From contig CM052818.1 of the NCBI GenBank assembly GCA_028534125.1, positions 41,542,001 to 41,606,000 on the forward strand: a stretch of 64,000 nucleotides of DNA, in the 5' to 3' direction. Origin of the DNA: Lama glama. Lineage: Eukaryota. The notes under the pieces were generated by a model, which worked only from the letters and a program-made list of their open reading frames with translations, did no database searches and was not told where the DNA came from. The translations under genes and the position numbers were made by a program. This document shows, in pieces, positions 24,820-36,199 of this stretch (its first letter is position 1; every line of letters begins with the position of its first letter).

Positions 24820-25340
24820 ACTACTTGCCGGAGGCCAGAGGCAACCCACGGATGCCAGCAGAGCGCTCTTCCCCTCTTCTGGGCACCACCCCTGCGACCC
24901 ACTCGCCCCTAGATGGTGCTGGTGTACCGGGCAGCACCCAGCTCAGCGGCTGCCGCAGACGCGGCCGGGACAAAGGAAGGACCGGCAGGGGAGTGGTGGT
25001 CAGCGGCGGCCCGTGGGGACCCCTGCAATGCGGAGCTGCCGCTTCCCCGCAGAGGGGCAGAGGGATCCGTTGTCCTGGCCGGCTCCCTGGCCCTTCCCAG
25101 ACGAGAGGAAAGAGGCCGGCCAGGGACTGGGGACTTGGGGCTGCTTCCCATCCCTACAACCCCAGCCACCCACGCCTGCTGGCAAGCAGGTGGGCTGAGC
25201 TGGCCAGGGGGGTCTCTGGAGAGCTGGGGCGTGACCCCTCCTTCACGCAAGGTCCTGGCGGTGGCGGCATTTTGAAAGTCTCTTCGTGCCACTCGCCAAC
25301 CCGGATCCCTCTGGCTGCCATCACTTCACTGATTATTAAT
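24820..25340. promoter_or_regulatory. GC- and CpG-rich patch (weak CpG-island-like) containing a CTCF-like motif
   Basis: Locally dense CpGs (gccgcagacgcggccggga, cagcggcggccgtgg). gcccctagatggtgctg at 24905-24921. Confidence 0.45.
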
Positions 25341-26139
25341 CCACAGATTCTGGCCTGCAAAGGACTTGACAGCAATGGGACCTGGCCACATCTCTTCAAC
25401 ACCATGAGCTGCGGCCTCTCCATCTGCAAAATGGGGGTGCAGATGCTGTCCCCACCTTGTTCGCTTCTGCATTCAGCAAACCTTACCAGCTCTGCTGCTC
25501 ACGCCCACAGGCAGTGCTGGGCTCAGGGACCTCCCTGATGGGTGAAACAGCCTTGCATAGGGGGAGGCCCACAGATGGGCCGAACAGAGACAGAAGACGT
25601 ATGCCCAGAGAGAGGGTGGTGAGAAGAGGGACTCGGGGAGGACAAAGCTGGTGGGAATGACCAGAAACCGCACAGCTGCTGCGCACAGTGTTATTCCCTC
25701 TAAATGAGCTTGGATTGAAAGCCCCTTTCATGACACATTGTTTTGCTTTGAGTTTATAGGTTTGGTATCTCAGCTCTCTACTTTCTAACTTGTTGACCGT
25801 GGGCTGGTTGGTTTATTTCCTGAGACTCCATTCCCCGATCTGTGAAAGTAGAGCTTCACAGAGGCTATGTTGCTAGTGTACCTGCAGCTTTGTACTAATA
25901 CATATGGTTATACTGTGTGTATACCAGGCGAAATGGCACAGCAGAGGGACTTGGGAATCAGGAAGTCCCTAATCTTGAAGGACCTCGGGGAAGCCTCTTC
26001 TCCTAACCATTCAGTTTACCTATCCATGCAAGCTGGACAGAAGGAGCATGGGGCCACTCGGTGGCCAGCATCCCCTCTACCCCATCCCCACAGTCTGTTT
26101 TTCCTCACCACTTTCTTTCAGTCCATAAGGAGGTGTATC

Positions 26140-26345
26140 GTGTAATGATCAACAGCATGGAGTCTGGAGCCAGATTGCCTGGATTTCAATTCCAGCTGTA
26201 CTAGGGTCTAGATGTGACCTGATATGTGACCTTGGACAAGTTACCTGTGCCTCAGTTTCCTCACCTGTAAAATGAAGATGATGATAATGACAATATAAAA
26301 TTTCATTAGAGTAGACTAAGTGGTGTGACAAATGTACTCATGCAT
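26140..26345 (+). mobile_element. MIR SINE 5' half (3' half at about 26699-26810)
   Basis: ggagtctggagccagattgcctgg...tgtgaccttggacaagttac...gcctcagtttcctcacctgtaaaatg. Confidence 0.85.
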
Positions 26346-26698
26346 GTGGTAACCTAACATAAACGTAGTTTATTTCTCACTCACAGAATAGTCCGGAACA
26401 GTTTCAGATGAGCAGGGAATTCTGTTCCAGTAATTCAGAGGACTCGGATCATCCGTCATTTTTACCAACTGTAGCATTTGGTTTGCAAAGACCCTGTGAG
26501 GAAGAGGGACATTGGTAGGGGGAACCCATGGGAGCGTCATGGCCTGGCCTAGAAGGGGCCCTTGTCCCCTCTACTCAGCCTCCGTTGACCAGCACTGAGT
26601 GGTGTGACACACCTGACCCAGGGGAGGCTGGAAGTGCAGTCTTTGCTGTGTGTTCAGGAAGAAGAGGAGATGGATCAGAGCTGACAGCCCCTATCACA
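26346..26698. mobile_element. MaLR LTR (MLT1-type) splitting a MIR
   Basis: gtttatttctcactcac...ggaggctggaagtgcagtct...aggaagaagagga...ca. MIR 5' half lies upstream and MIR 3' half downstream. Confidence 0.7.
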
Positions 26699-27249
26699 AT
26701 GGCTTGTGTTGTAGGTTATCTTGAAGATGACATTAGTTTAGTGTTTGGAGGTACTTAGAACAGCGGCTGGCATCTGGTCAACATTACACAGGCATCTGTT
26801 GTTATTATTTGTATTCGGGTCCCTCAGAGAGTTCCCTGAAGATACAGCCTGGGAAGCCCCTTAGTCTTTGCAGCCAGCACTGCAGGGGATTGTTTGGGAG
26901 GCCTCTGGACACTGTCCCTTGTCAGAGCCCGACAAATTCACACATTATGCCCACGTGAGCTTCCCTAAGAGCCTTTGTGTCTGTGCAGACAGGGAAGCAT
27001 CCTGGAAAACAGTTCCTTCCAGAGTTTCTCTAAGTTATTCTGATGCTTCGAGAAGAGCCCTAGCAGTGCGGACTCAATTTGTCACCTTCATATGCAGACC
27101 ACAGGGCGTGGGGACCACACACTTCCTTCTCTCCCCACGTGCCAGCTCTCACGCCCCTCCTCCTTACCTCCCTCTTGATGGTGCGGGGCCAGAGGACAGG
27201 TATGGGAATCAGAGAGCCCTGTGAATGAAAACCAGCTAATAAGTGGATC

Positions 27250-27420
27250 TACTAAATGTGAGTTAAAAGTTATTTAACATTCTTTCCCCTAGGTTTCCTT
27301 ATCTGTAAAATGGAGTCAAATAATAATCATGACTGCAGAGAGCTATTTAAGGATGAACGTTAATGGTTATAAAGCTCCAAGCTCTGAATAAGACATAGAG
27401 CATACTCAATAAATATAGTT
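27250..27420 (+). mobile_element. MIR SINE
   Basis: aagttatttaac...gtttccttatctgtaaaatgg...catactcaataaat. Confidence 0.7.
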
Positions 27421-27953
27421 CCTTCTGACTGACATGTCTTGTGTTGACTCATTCTGAACTCTGAATTTATAGAGTGCTTAGTGTGTACCCAGGTAGAGGA
27501 AAAATAGCTTTGTGCAAGTGGTTTGCCAGGAGGCTAGCCTTTAGACATGTTCACCGCTTGTTCTGGCGTGGAATCTCACTCTCAGGACAACCAGACTTTC
27601 AAGGGAGAAAGCTCCCAGCTTTCTCTCTCCTTTCTGAGTTCTACCTCTGCCTCCAACTGCATGCCACGTCTCTATCCTGCAGGGAGTCTTCAGTGTCAAA
27701 GACTACTGTCAGAAAATTTTATTTGGGGATAAGGAGTGAATGACTATGTTAGAGAGTCAATAGAAAGCATTGGAGATAAAAATGATGGAGTACTTTAATA
27801 TGATCTAATAACATTATAGCATCCTGATAGTCTCCAACTCACTTAACCAGCATATCTACTCTGGGCCCAATGCTGTCTGAACCCAGTGTCACAAACAGTG
27901 ACATTTTATATAAACCTCCATTTTCCTGCCAATCAAATGATGACCCCAAGAAC

Positions 27954-28845
27954 CATTAGTGTGCTGGTAAGTATCTACCAATCAAAATTGTATATATATT
28001 TGTATATAAGTTGATTATAAATTTTACTAATGTAAAGATGTGTAGTACACAATTTAAAAATGATAATACAATTTAATACATTCTTCATTGAACATTTCAT
28101 ATAGCCGATTGATTCTCTCAGAATGCTTCATTGATTTTTGCCAAACTCTCCCATCTGTTGCCAACCTAAGGTGCTATTAATGAACAATGCATGTGGTTTA
28201 GACACAAATGTTAGTTGATACTTTCATTTTAGTTAACAAGGAAGATGGAAGGGATATAATGAAGGTGTGTGTTGGAATCTCACTAGTTTGCCAGTAATCT
28301 GAACAACTTCTTTGCTGATTCAGAGAATTGTTTTTGAAAACTAAAATAAAATTCTTTAGTATTTGTGCGTTATTTGCAATGTAATGGCTATTGACTTGGC
28401 ACCTTTTTAGGTTAAGTTACATTATTATCATTTTATCCATCACTCTCTTATGTCTAGGCAATCAACAAATCAATAAATCAAGACTTGATGTGTGATGTTT
28501 GCAGACTTCCATGGTGTAAATATATCCAACCATGACCACTTTTGAGAGACTGTGATAAACTCACTGAATACAGAATTGCAAAACTACGTGCACACCATTG
28601 AATAGTATTTTCGCCGCACAGATACGATGGAATGTAAGTAACCTCAAGAGTGTAGATGATGATAAAATGTAGTAAAATAATTAGGAAGTGATGCTTTGGA
28701 GTATTTATTACTGTTGTTTTCACTATAATTTATTTAATTGCAAATGCTATCATTTAATTTTTAATAATGACTGTCGTACAACCAGCTCACAAAATTGAAA
28801 AAACATTCAACAATCAGCTTATGAGCTGACTTGAGCACACCACTG
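27954..28845 (-). mobile_element. MER63-like hAT-Blackjack DNA transposon relic, near full length
   Basis: TIR-like ends cattagtgtgctgg...gcacaccactg. 8-bp degenerate TSD ccaagaac (27946-27953) / tcaagaat (28846-28853). Internal sequence matches the recalled MER63 consensus (ccatggtgtaaata, gtagtaaaataattaggaagtgatg). Confidence 0.85.
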
Positions 28846-31444
28846 TCAAGAATCTAATGTATTTCCACCAGAAACTGGGTAAAAAAAGGTATTATTTCTT
28901 TGTGTTGTTCTGTAGAGAATAAGGAAAGAGAGACAAGGGAAAGCAAGTTGGAGGAAACAGAGTTTATGGAAAGGCTGAGTTTCAACTGAACAGACATCGT
29001 TTGTGCCAACAGAAACTATCAGTGTGGGCACCAAACCCTTTGAAAGTCCTGCCTGAACAGAAGTCCATTCTCTGCCCCAATTTTCCTTCTGCCCAGACGT
29101 GTATAATAGCTCAGCCTCCGGCTCTGGCGGCGTATTCAGCTTCCCCCTTCACCCACATGGGGTGATGGCTGAAGGGCACGGCGTCAGCTGCGAGAAGCGT
29201 GTGCTTCCTCCACGTCCATTGCCGCTCCACCCGCATCTCCTGGCTCATCCATCCTCCATTCCCAGCGCTGAGAGCAGGCGCTCAGGCTATGGGCATCCTG
29301 CCTTCTACAACTGTGCCCCTCTCTATTCAGATAAAGTGAATGGGGCATTCTGTTCCCCAGACTCCAGGGAAATGGGAGTGAGGTCATGAGCCCCAGACAA
29401 AAAGGCCTGGTCTAGGGACTCACCTAGGTTCCCCGTGAGATTCTTCATAGACATCCAAGACTCCAACCTTCTGAATCTCTGTCTCACACTTTAGGGATGA
29501 ACTGGAAAGCAATGGAAGAAACATCTCATGGGGGAAAGGAAAAAGACCAAAAGAAGACCAACCAGGTCTCCTCCTACTGACTTTTCATTGTTGATCAGCC
29601 TGCTAGAATTCAGTTTCTCCATGTGTTACCACCTGTGTAGAGATAGAACCCATCTTTGTCCAAAACTCCTGGCTGATGAGAAAACCTAGACTCTTTGAGA
29701 GAGAGTCAGCTGCTCAAGGTCATGGTGGAACTGGGATCCCCTACCCTAACCTTCAGAGGCATGGCCGAGAGCACATCCCAAATGGCCTCTGAGTCTTCCC
29801 ACACAATTGATGGAAAGCAGACTTCCTCAGAATCAACAGCTTTGAGACATCTTGGGATTTTCCTTCTCCTCCGACTCTTTGTTGCTTTTCTAGAGGCTCT
29901 GGGTGTGCCCCATTACAATCTTCCATAGTATGTGTCCTTCACCTTTGGCTCATTAGACTCTGACCCCTGCAGTGACAAGAGCCACGCCCTAGTCATCTCT
30001 GCTGCAGAGATGAAAAAGCCAGATTTAAGAATCCACACGCCTGCTTTTAACCCCAGTTCAGCCTAGCTGTGTGGCTTGATCAAGTTGTTTACCACGGTCT
30101 CTGAGCTCTGACTTCCGTAACTATAGAGTGGGAATGACAACACCTATTTACAAGGAACTTCTGAGCATTAAATGCCGTGATGTATGTAGACTATTCGTAA
30201 TACTCTGGCTGGCTCCGGGGAGGACAAAACAACTGCAGCTTATCATGACGCTTGTATCCTTATATATCCAGTGCCTGGCAGAAAGAGCTCAGCACAAGGA
30301 ACTGAATGAATGGAATGATTAAGTAATGAAAGCGTGTCACCAAACCCCCATCATATTTTCCTTCCCAGTATGCCTTGTGTTTTCTCCTTCTCCGCCATCC
30401 CTATGTTTGGTTCCATACAATTTCTCACCCGAACTACTACAGACAACTCTTGCTTACCGTCCTTGTCTTCAGCTATCCCTCTTCTCATCCATCTTATCTG
30501 AGTTAGTCTTCCTGCCACCTAGCTGAAGGTCAGGATCTATGTCTCCCACAGCAAATACGTTCAGCAAACAACCTGATCAATTAAATATGCAAAATGCAAA
30601 TGACTTTGTGGATGAAATAAATGATACATTTTTTATTCTCTTCTTTTCTTTCTATCCCTCCAGTTTCTTTCTATTACCACTTACATGTTATCTTCAGCAT
30701 TAGTTAAGGTTTAGCAAGTTTACCTTAACAATAATAATTGTGTTTCTGGTTCTGTACTAAGCCCAGTACAGGCATTATTTCATGTGGTTATTATAGCAAC
30801 TCTGCAAAGGAGGCTAGGTGGACCAGTTGCCATGTGAGTTTCCTAGGCACATAAACACTCTGCAAAAGTTCAGCTAAATGCTGCATAACAGTGGCAAATG
30901 AATGCTTAGTCTTGCTGGGGCCCTGGAACCATCCACTAGATTGTGGAGGAGATGGAGCAGGGATGGACACGAAGGTCTCTTTATGGAGATCTTCCTTGTA
31001 GTTGAGTGGCCTCCAGCAAGAACGTTCACACTGGATCTCATTAGGAGCTCACAGTTGGTGAAATTTACCACCACTCCCCGACTCACTGTTTCACTGAAGT
31101 GTGAGTTTCTTGAGACTAGAAGGATGGATATCTTGGTCATTATTGAATCAGAGCAATATGTACATGGAAGGTCTCAACAACTTTGACTTCTGCAAATGTA
31201 ATAGGAATGAAACAGGTTTTACTATGTTCACTTTATAGATGAAGAAACTGAGCCTCAGGTAAATGAAACAAACCTTACAGCTGGGATGAGATCCCAGCTG
31301 TCCTGCTGTTTACTTGGATTCTGTATAATCCTTTAAAATTACTGGCCATGGGTCCCTTGGAGAATCTACTGACAATTTTGGAAATTATTTGGAAAAATAT
31401 GACACATGTTGGGATATAATTCTTGAAACCTCTTATAGGTTCAC

Positions 31445-31930
31445 AATTAATTAATTCAGCACACATTTATTGAGTGCTTTTATGTGCTAGGCACCATGCT
31501 AAACGTTGGGAATGAGATGGTAATCTATCTCTGCACTTGAACATTCCGGAAGCAGGGGGATAGAGAAAGACAACAAACAGATAAACAAATAGGTAAAGTA
31601 TTAGCTGATGATAAAAAACCAGGAAGAAAAATGACTCAGCATAAAAGAGGTGCTATTTTGCATGAGGGTGGTCTCTGATGAGGTAACATTTGAACAAGAT
31701 TAGAAAGAAAAAAGAAAACCAATTTTGTGGGTATCTTGGAGAAAAGAATCCTAAGTAGAAAAAAGATGCATGTGCAAAGGCCCTGAGGTGACCTAGTACT
31801 TGGCTGTGTGAAGGCCAGTGTGGCTGGAGTCTAAGCAGAGGGGAGAGAAGCAGGAGACAGAGCCCAGGTCATCCAGGGCATTGTAGGTCTTTATACAGGC
31901 AGTGTACTTTGCTCTGAGTAACATGGGAGG
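31445..31930 (-). mobile_element. L2 (L2a-like) 3' end
   Basis: attcagcacacatttattgagtgcttttatgtgctaggcacc...gaggtaacatttgaacaaga...catgtgcaaaggccctgaggtg. Confidence 0.85.
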
Positions 31931-33875
31931 GGCCAAAGATTCCAGAAATTGAGTGTCTTTACCCACACCATGCCACCAAGCTATTTGTGACTTGACTGCA
32001 TAGCAGCAAGTAGGCTAAATAGTTTCCCTACTCATGCATCAGCATTGTTTCTAGACGCAAGTACTTCTGGCCCAATGTCCCCATAATCTGACGGATCACA
32101 CAATACATTATCCCAATTGCTACTCTGCCAAACCTAATCATCTCAATTCCTCTTGCCACTCCCACCCCAAGGTCTTTGTTTCAGTGGTGTCCATCAGCTA
32201 GACAAATTTCCTCCTCTTCACTAATATCGGCCCTCCCCAGTCTGTAAGGGAAGGCCCAAGTCCTGCCTCCATTCCCCATCTCTTCAAGGTTAGCATGACC
32301 CCTGACCTCTCCCCCTCCACTCAGGACCTGTAACCCTCATGATCTGGGCCAGTCAGTTTCATGCCAGGCTGCATGCTGACCATGTTAGCCGTGTCAGCTT
32401 TGTCTCTTTGCTTCTTTGAGAATCCAGTCTTTGGTTCTTCATTGTACACATGTGCAATGCTGGGCACGTGGTACCATTTAATCAAGTCTTGTCAGCTTGT
32501 GATTTGGTGAAACCCCATTCCTCTGGCATCTTGGCCTTTTCCAGATAACTGGAGCTGAGCTTGTCAAGCACCAAACAAATATAGTAAGCTCTTGTTAATA
32601 GACATCCTTCTGAAATGTATTTGGCATTTCCGGAAATTCTGAATTCCATCTGCCATACAGAACTATGTAATTTCAAAATCATTCAGAGATGTCATTCTAA
32701 AGACCCATTTGCATCCTGAGTGGAATCGCAGCTCTGTATCTGGTTTTAGATCTAGCTGTCTCCTCCCTCAGTGTCATGCAGTGTCACCTGTAATTCTACT
32801 TAGGGATCACGTATCTTTCTCTCCTGAATGCCTTCTGGGCTACTGAGTTTCTTTTACTAAAGTCTAGGAAACAATAATACAGAATGGCCAAGGCTGTTAT
32901 GAAGGTACGTATGTGTTACAGTGACAACTTAGAAGATAAGAACATTAAACTGAATGGGCAACAGGAGGCTTCGGTGCCTTCTTAGAGCAGTGAAAATTTG
33001 AGATAAGCTTGAAAAACATGTAGGGGTTGATCAACAAGAATAGACAGGGAAGATCATTTCCAGCAGAGGAAACAACACCCTTGAGTAACTGATGGAAAAC
33101 AAGAGTCTAGACTCTACAAGGGGTTGAAAGAGGGTATGAGAAGCAGTGCACAGAATCTTTAATGCTGGGGCTTTCTGACAGCTCTTGTGGGTACCCAGGG
33201 GACCCTTTTGATGAGTTCAGGATCAAAAGGTCCTGAATGAGTCAGATTGCTGGGAAATGGACTTGGGGATAAATGGGGCCTAATTGTGGCTTAGCATGTT
33301 GGCTCCTTGAAAGGACCTTAGCCATCGCTAAGAACAAATCTCCTAAAGGCCTACAAAGGCAGTGGCACTTCTAAAATCAATTAACACTGGCCAGTTGCAG
33401 GAAGAAAATAACCTAAGAGATATATTTTATGATATTCTAGGATGTCAGAGTTGGAAGTTCTCTTAGAACAAATCTGTTTTGCTCCTTTTATTGATTATTT
33501 GGTGATTAACTGAAGATGGAGGTCACATAAGAGATTTGCCCAAACTGATACGGCTGTTGGCAGAGCAAGGACTAGCATTCTGGGTCTCCTGAGGTCTGGT
33601 CCCCTGTGCTTATCTGACTGAAAAAAGGTGACTTTTAAGTCAGTAATTTTATTCATTACTTAATTTAACAAACATTTGTTGAGTGTATGGCCCTCAGTGA
33701 ATATCTGAGTTGAACTTGAGTTGGAAATGGAGATCAGAGGCAAAGAAACCAGGGCATCTCTTGTAGGATGAGGTCCTGAAGCGAGAGCCCCCTGGTCAAG
33801 GGGCGTGTTGTGCCATCTGAATGCTTAATTGATTCTCTTCTTAAATGGCATCGAACACTTTTAAAGGTGTTACTT

Positions 33876-34106
33876 TTTATTTATTTATTTATTTATTAAT
33901 ATTTTTTAATTGAGTTATAGTCATTTTACAATGTTGTGTCAAATTCCAGTGTAGAGCACAATTTTTCAGTTATACACGAACATACATATATTCATTGTCA
34001 CATTTTTTTTTGCTGTGAGCTACCACAAGATCTTGTATGTATTTCCCTGTGCTATTTAGTATAATTTTGTTTATCTATTCTGCATATGCCTGTCAGTATC
34101 TACAAA
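33876..34106 (-). mobile_element. 5'-truncated L1 3' end (lineage-specific family)
   Basis: (TTTA)n tail and the same 3'UTR as the 20.6 kb copy. Flanked by the direct repeat tgttactt (33868-33875 and 34107-34114). Confidence 0.88.
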
Positions 34107-34129
34107 TGTTACTTAATTAGGCCTTCAGA

Positions 34130-34620
34130 AATATGTCTTTGCATGCACTAGATGATGGAATTATAGTAGTGGACAAACTCACAAAGTCTTCATCTTCATG
34201 GAACTTACATTTATTGAGGAGAAACATACATGCATACACACACACATACATGCATAGTATGCATAGTTTGATATCTAGGTGTGCTATGAAGAAAAATAAA
34301 TCAGGGAACAGAGAAAGAGAGTGACATGGGTCTTATTTTAGATAAAATTGTCAGGGATATCAGGGAAGGCCTCCCTGAGGAGGTGCCATATGGACGGACA
34401 CGTAAGTGAAGTGAGGGAGTGGTTCACACAGCTATGAGGGAAAAGAGCATGCCTGGCAGACCGATGGGAAGTGCAAAGGCCCTGAGAAGGAAACCTGCTT
34501 GGTGTGTTTCAAGAACACTGAGATGTCTGTGGTGTCACGGAGCAGAATGAGCACAGGAGGGAGGGCTCCAGAACACGGCACTGATGGGGGCTGGGGCCTG
34601 GTCATAAAGAACCACAGCCC
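34130..34620 (-). mobile_element. L2 fragment
   Basis: ttcatggaacttacatt...gtgctatgaagaaaaataaa...cagggaaggcctccctgaggaggtg...gtgcaaaggccctgag. Confidence 0.82.
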
Positions 34621-36199
34621 ATAGCAGAAAAGTAAAGAACTGAGGGAAAAAATGTCTGGACCAAGGAACCAAAGCCTCTGAGTCTCGTATTTTCTCTGCC
34701 CCTAACTTCCTGAATGACTCTGGTCTTCTAATTTCTGCTTCCAGGCTTCAATCTTCCTATGTATACGATGAGGGAATTGGAAGTGATGACTAAGGAACTC
34801 TGTGGTCGATGGACCTTGCTTACGCGTTTACCCGTGGGGCAGAGACTGAACCACTCAGGTGGACATGCAGCCTTCAGTGTGCATTTGTGTTTCTGGTTGT
34901 CTCTTTGCAAGCAGTCGGAGGTGGCTGGAGTTTCCCTCATTTCCAGACAACCAAATTCTTCACGTCGGCAGACCTTTTACAGTTTGAGCGAGACTTGCAA
35001 TGAATCTCATCTCTAAACCGAAGCCCTAGGAATGCCATGAAACACAAGCAAACACAACTCATCTTGGTGGGAAGTTATTGTACCTCTCCTTTTATAAGGG
35101 ATGAAATCACATCTTTTGCAAATTGTGCACCATCCGTGAAGACTTTCTTCTTCTAATGATCGGCTGTCACTTTGTCTTTGTAAAGTGGGTAATGGAATTA
35201 TTTTTAAAGCTTTTACTTAACAGCCTTGCTCTTTGTAAAGACCTGCTTGAGGAATGCAAGCATCTTTAGATACGGAAGTGACAACCGTCTCTGACGTTAA
35301 ATGGATCTCTTTCTTACCTGTCCTGTTAACGTAGGAAATATCAAACTCTTCTTCCATGTGACAGAAGTTTAGATTTGTGCTATGTGTCACGGAGAGCACA
35401 GCTGGCGAGCACACTGGGAGGTACGTAGAGCCAGATCAAGGTTATGTTTAAAGGCTTTTTAACAGTACTGTCTAAAGATGAAAATGCTGCCTCTGGAGGT
35501 TACAAGTTTCTCATTATTGGAGATGATCAAGAAAAGACCATTAGGCAAGATCTTACAGACAGAAAGTATGTGTCAACCGGAGAGCTGAACAAGCCATCTT
35601 TGGAAAGTCCTTCCCACTCTAAAAGCTTCTCCCTCATTAGCATAATCTTTTCCTAATCTGCATTTTCTGTTGTACAAGGGCAGATCAGAAGATTGTCAAT
35701 GCCATTTTAATCACCATGTGCCTTTGCCAATAAGATAGGGCCAGCAGAGTCTGATGAGAGATTTGTGCAGCCAAAGAAATGGGCTTGAAGATATGTGCCG
35801 TGGTTTAGATAGTTTCACCACTGGAGCGGAGAGGAGGCAATGCGCAAGTGTGTGTAGCTGACTCCATCTGTACTCCTTACCTGTGCTGAGTTCTTTGTCT
35901 TCTAGGTCTTATTTTCTGTTTTTTAAAACCACAGGTTTCAATTGGTCTCAGTAGTTCACACTCAGAAATGGTTTTGGTATTACATTTTAGGTCTTTTCCA
36001 AGTATAGTATTACTTTGGGGTTAAAATAATACAACCCACATTTAAAAATGTTTCTTTCCTCGTGATAAACCAACTAGGAGCGTCTGAGAAAAGGCCAAAA
36101 AGACACATATAATCCCTTCAAAAGCTTACAGGATTTTTTTTTTAACGGTTAGGGGTTTCTGGTTCATGAGAAAGACCTAAACACACATATTTACCCCCC

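Noticed and set aside
24891..24900. Upstream (M2) module for the 24.9 kb CTCF motif
   Set aside because: Spacing to the core is too short and the match is weak.
24825..25538. Longest ORF (237 aa) and overlapping ORFs on both strands
   Set aside because: Low-complexity G/R/P/A-rich translation, several frames open at once because of GC content, a 3' part running through MIR-like sequence, and no recognisable domain.
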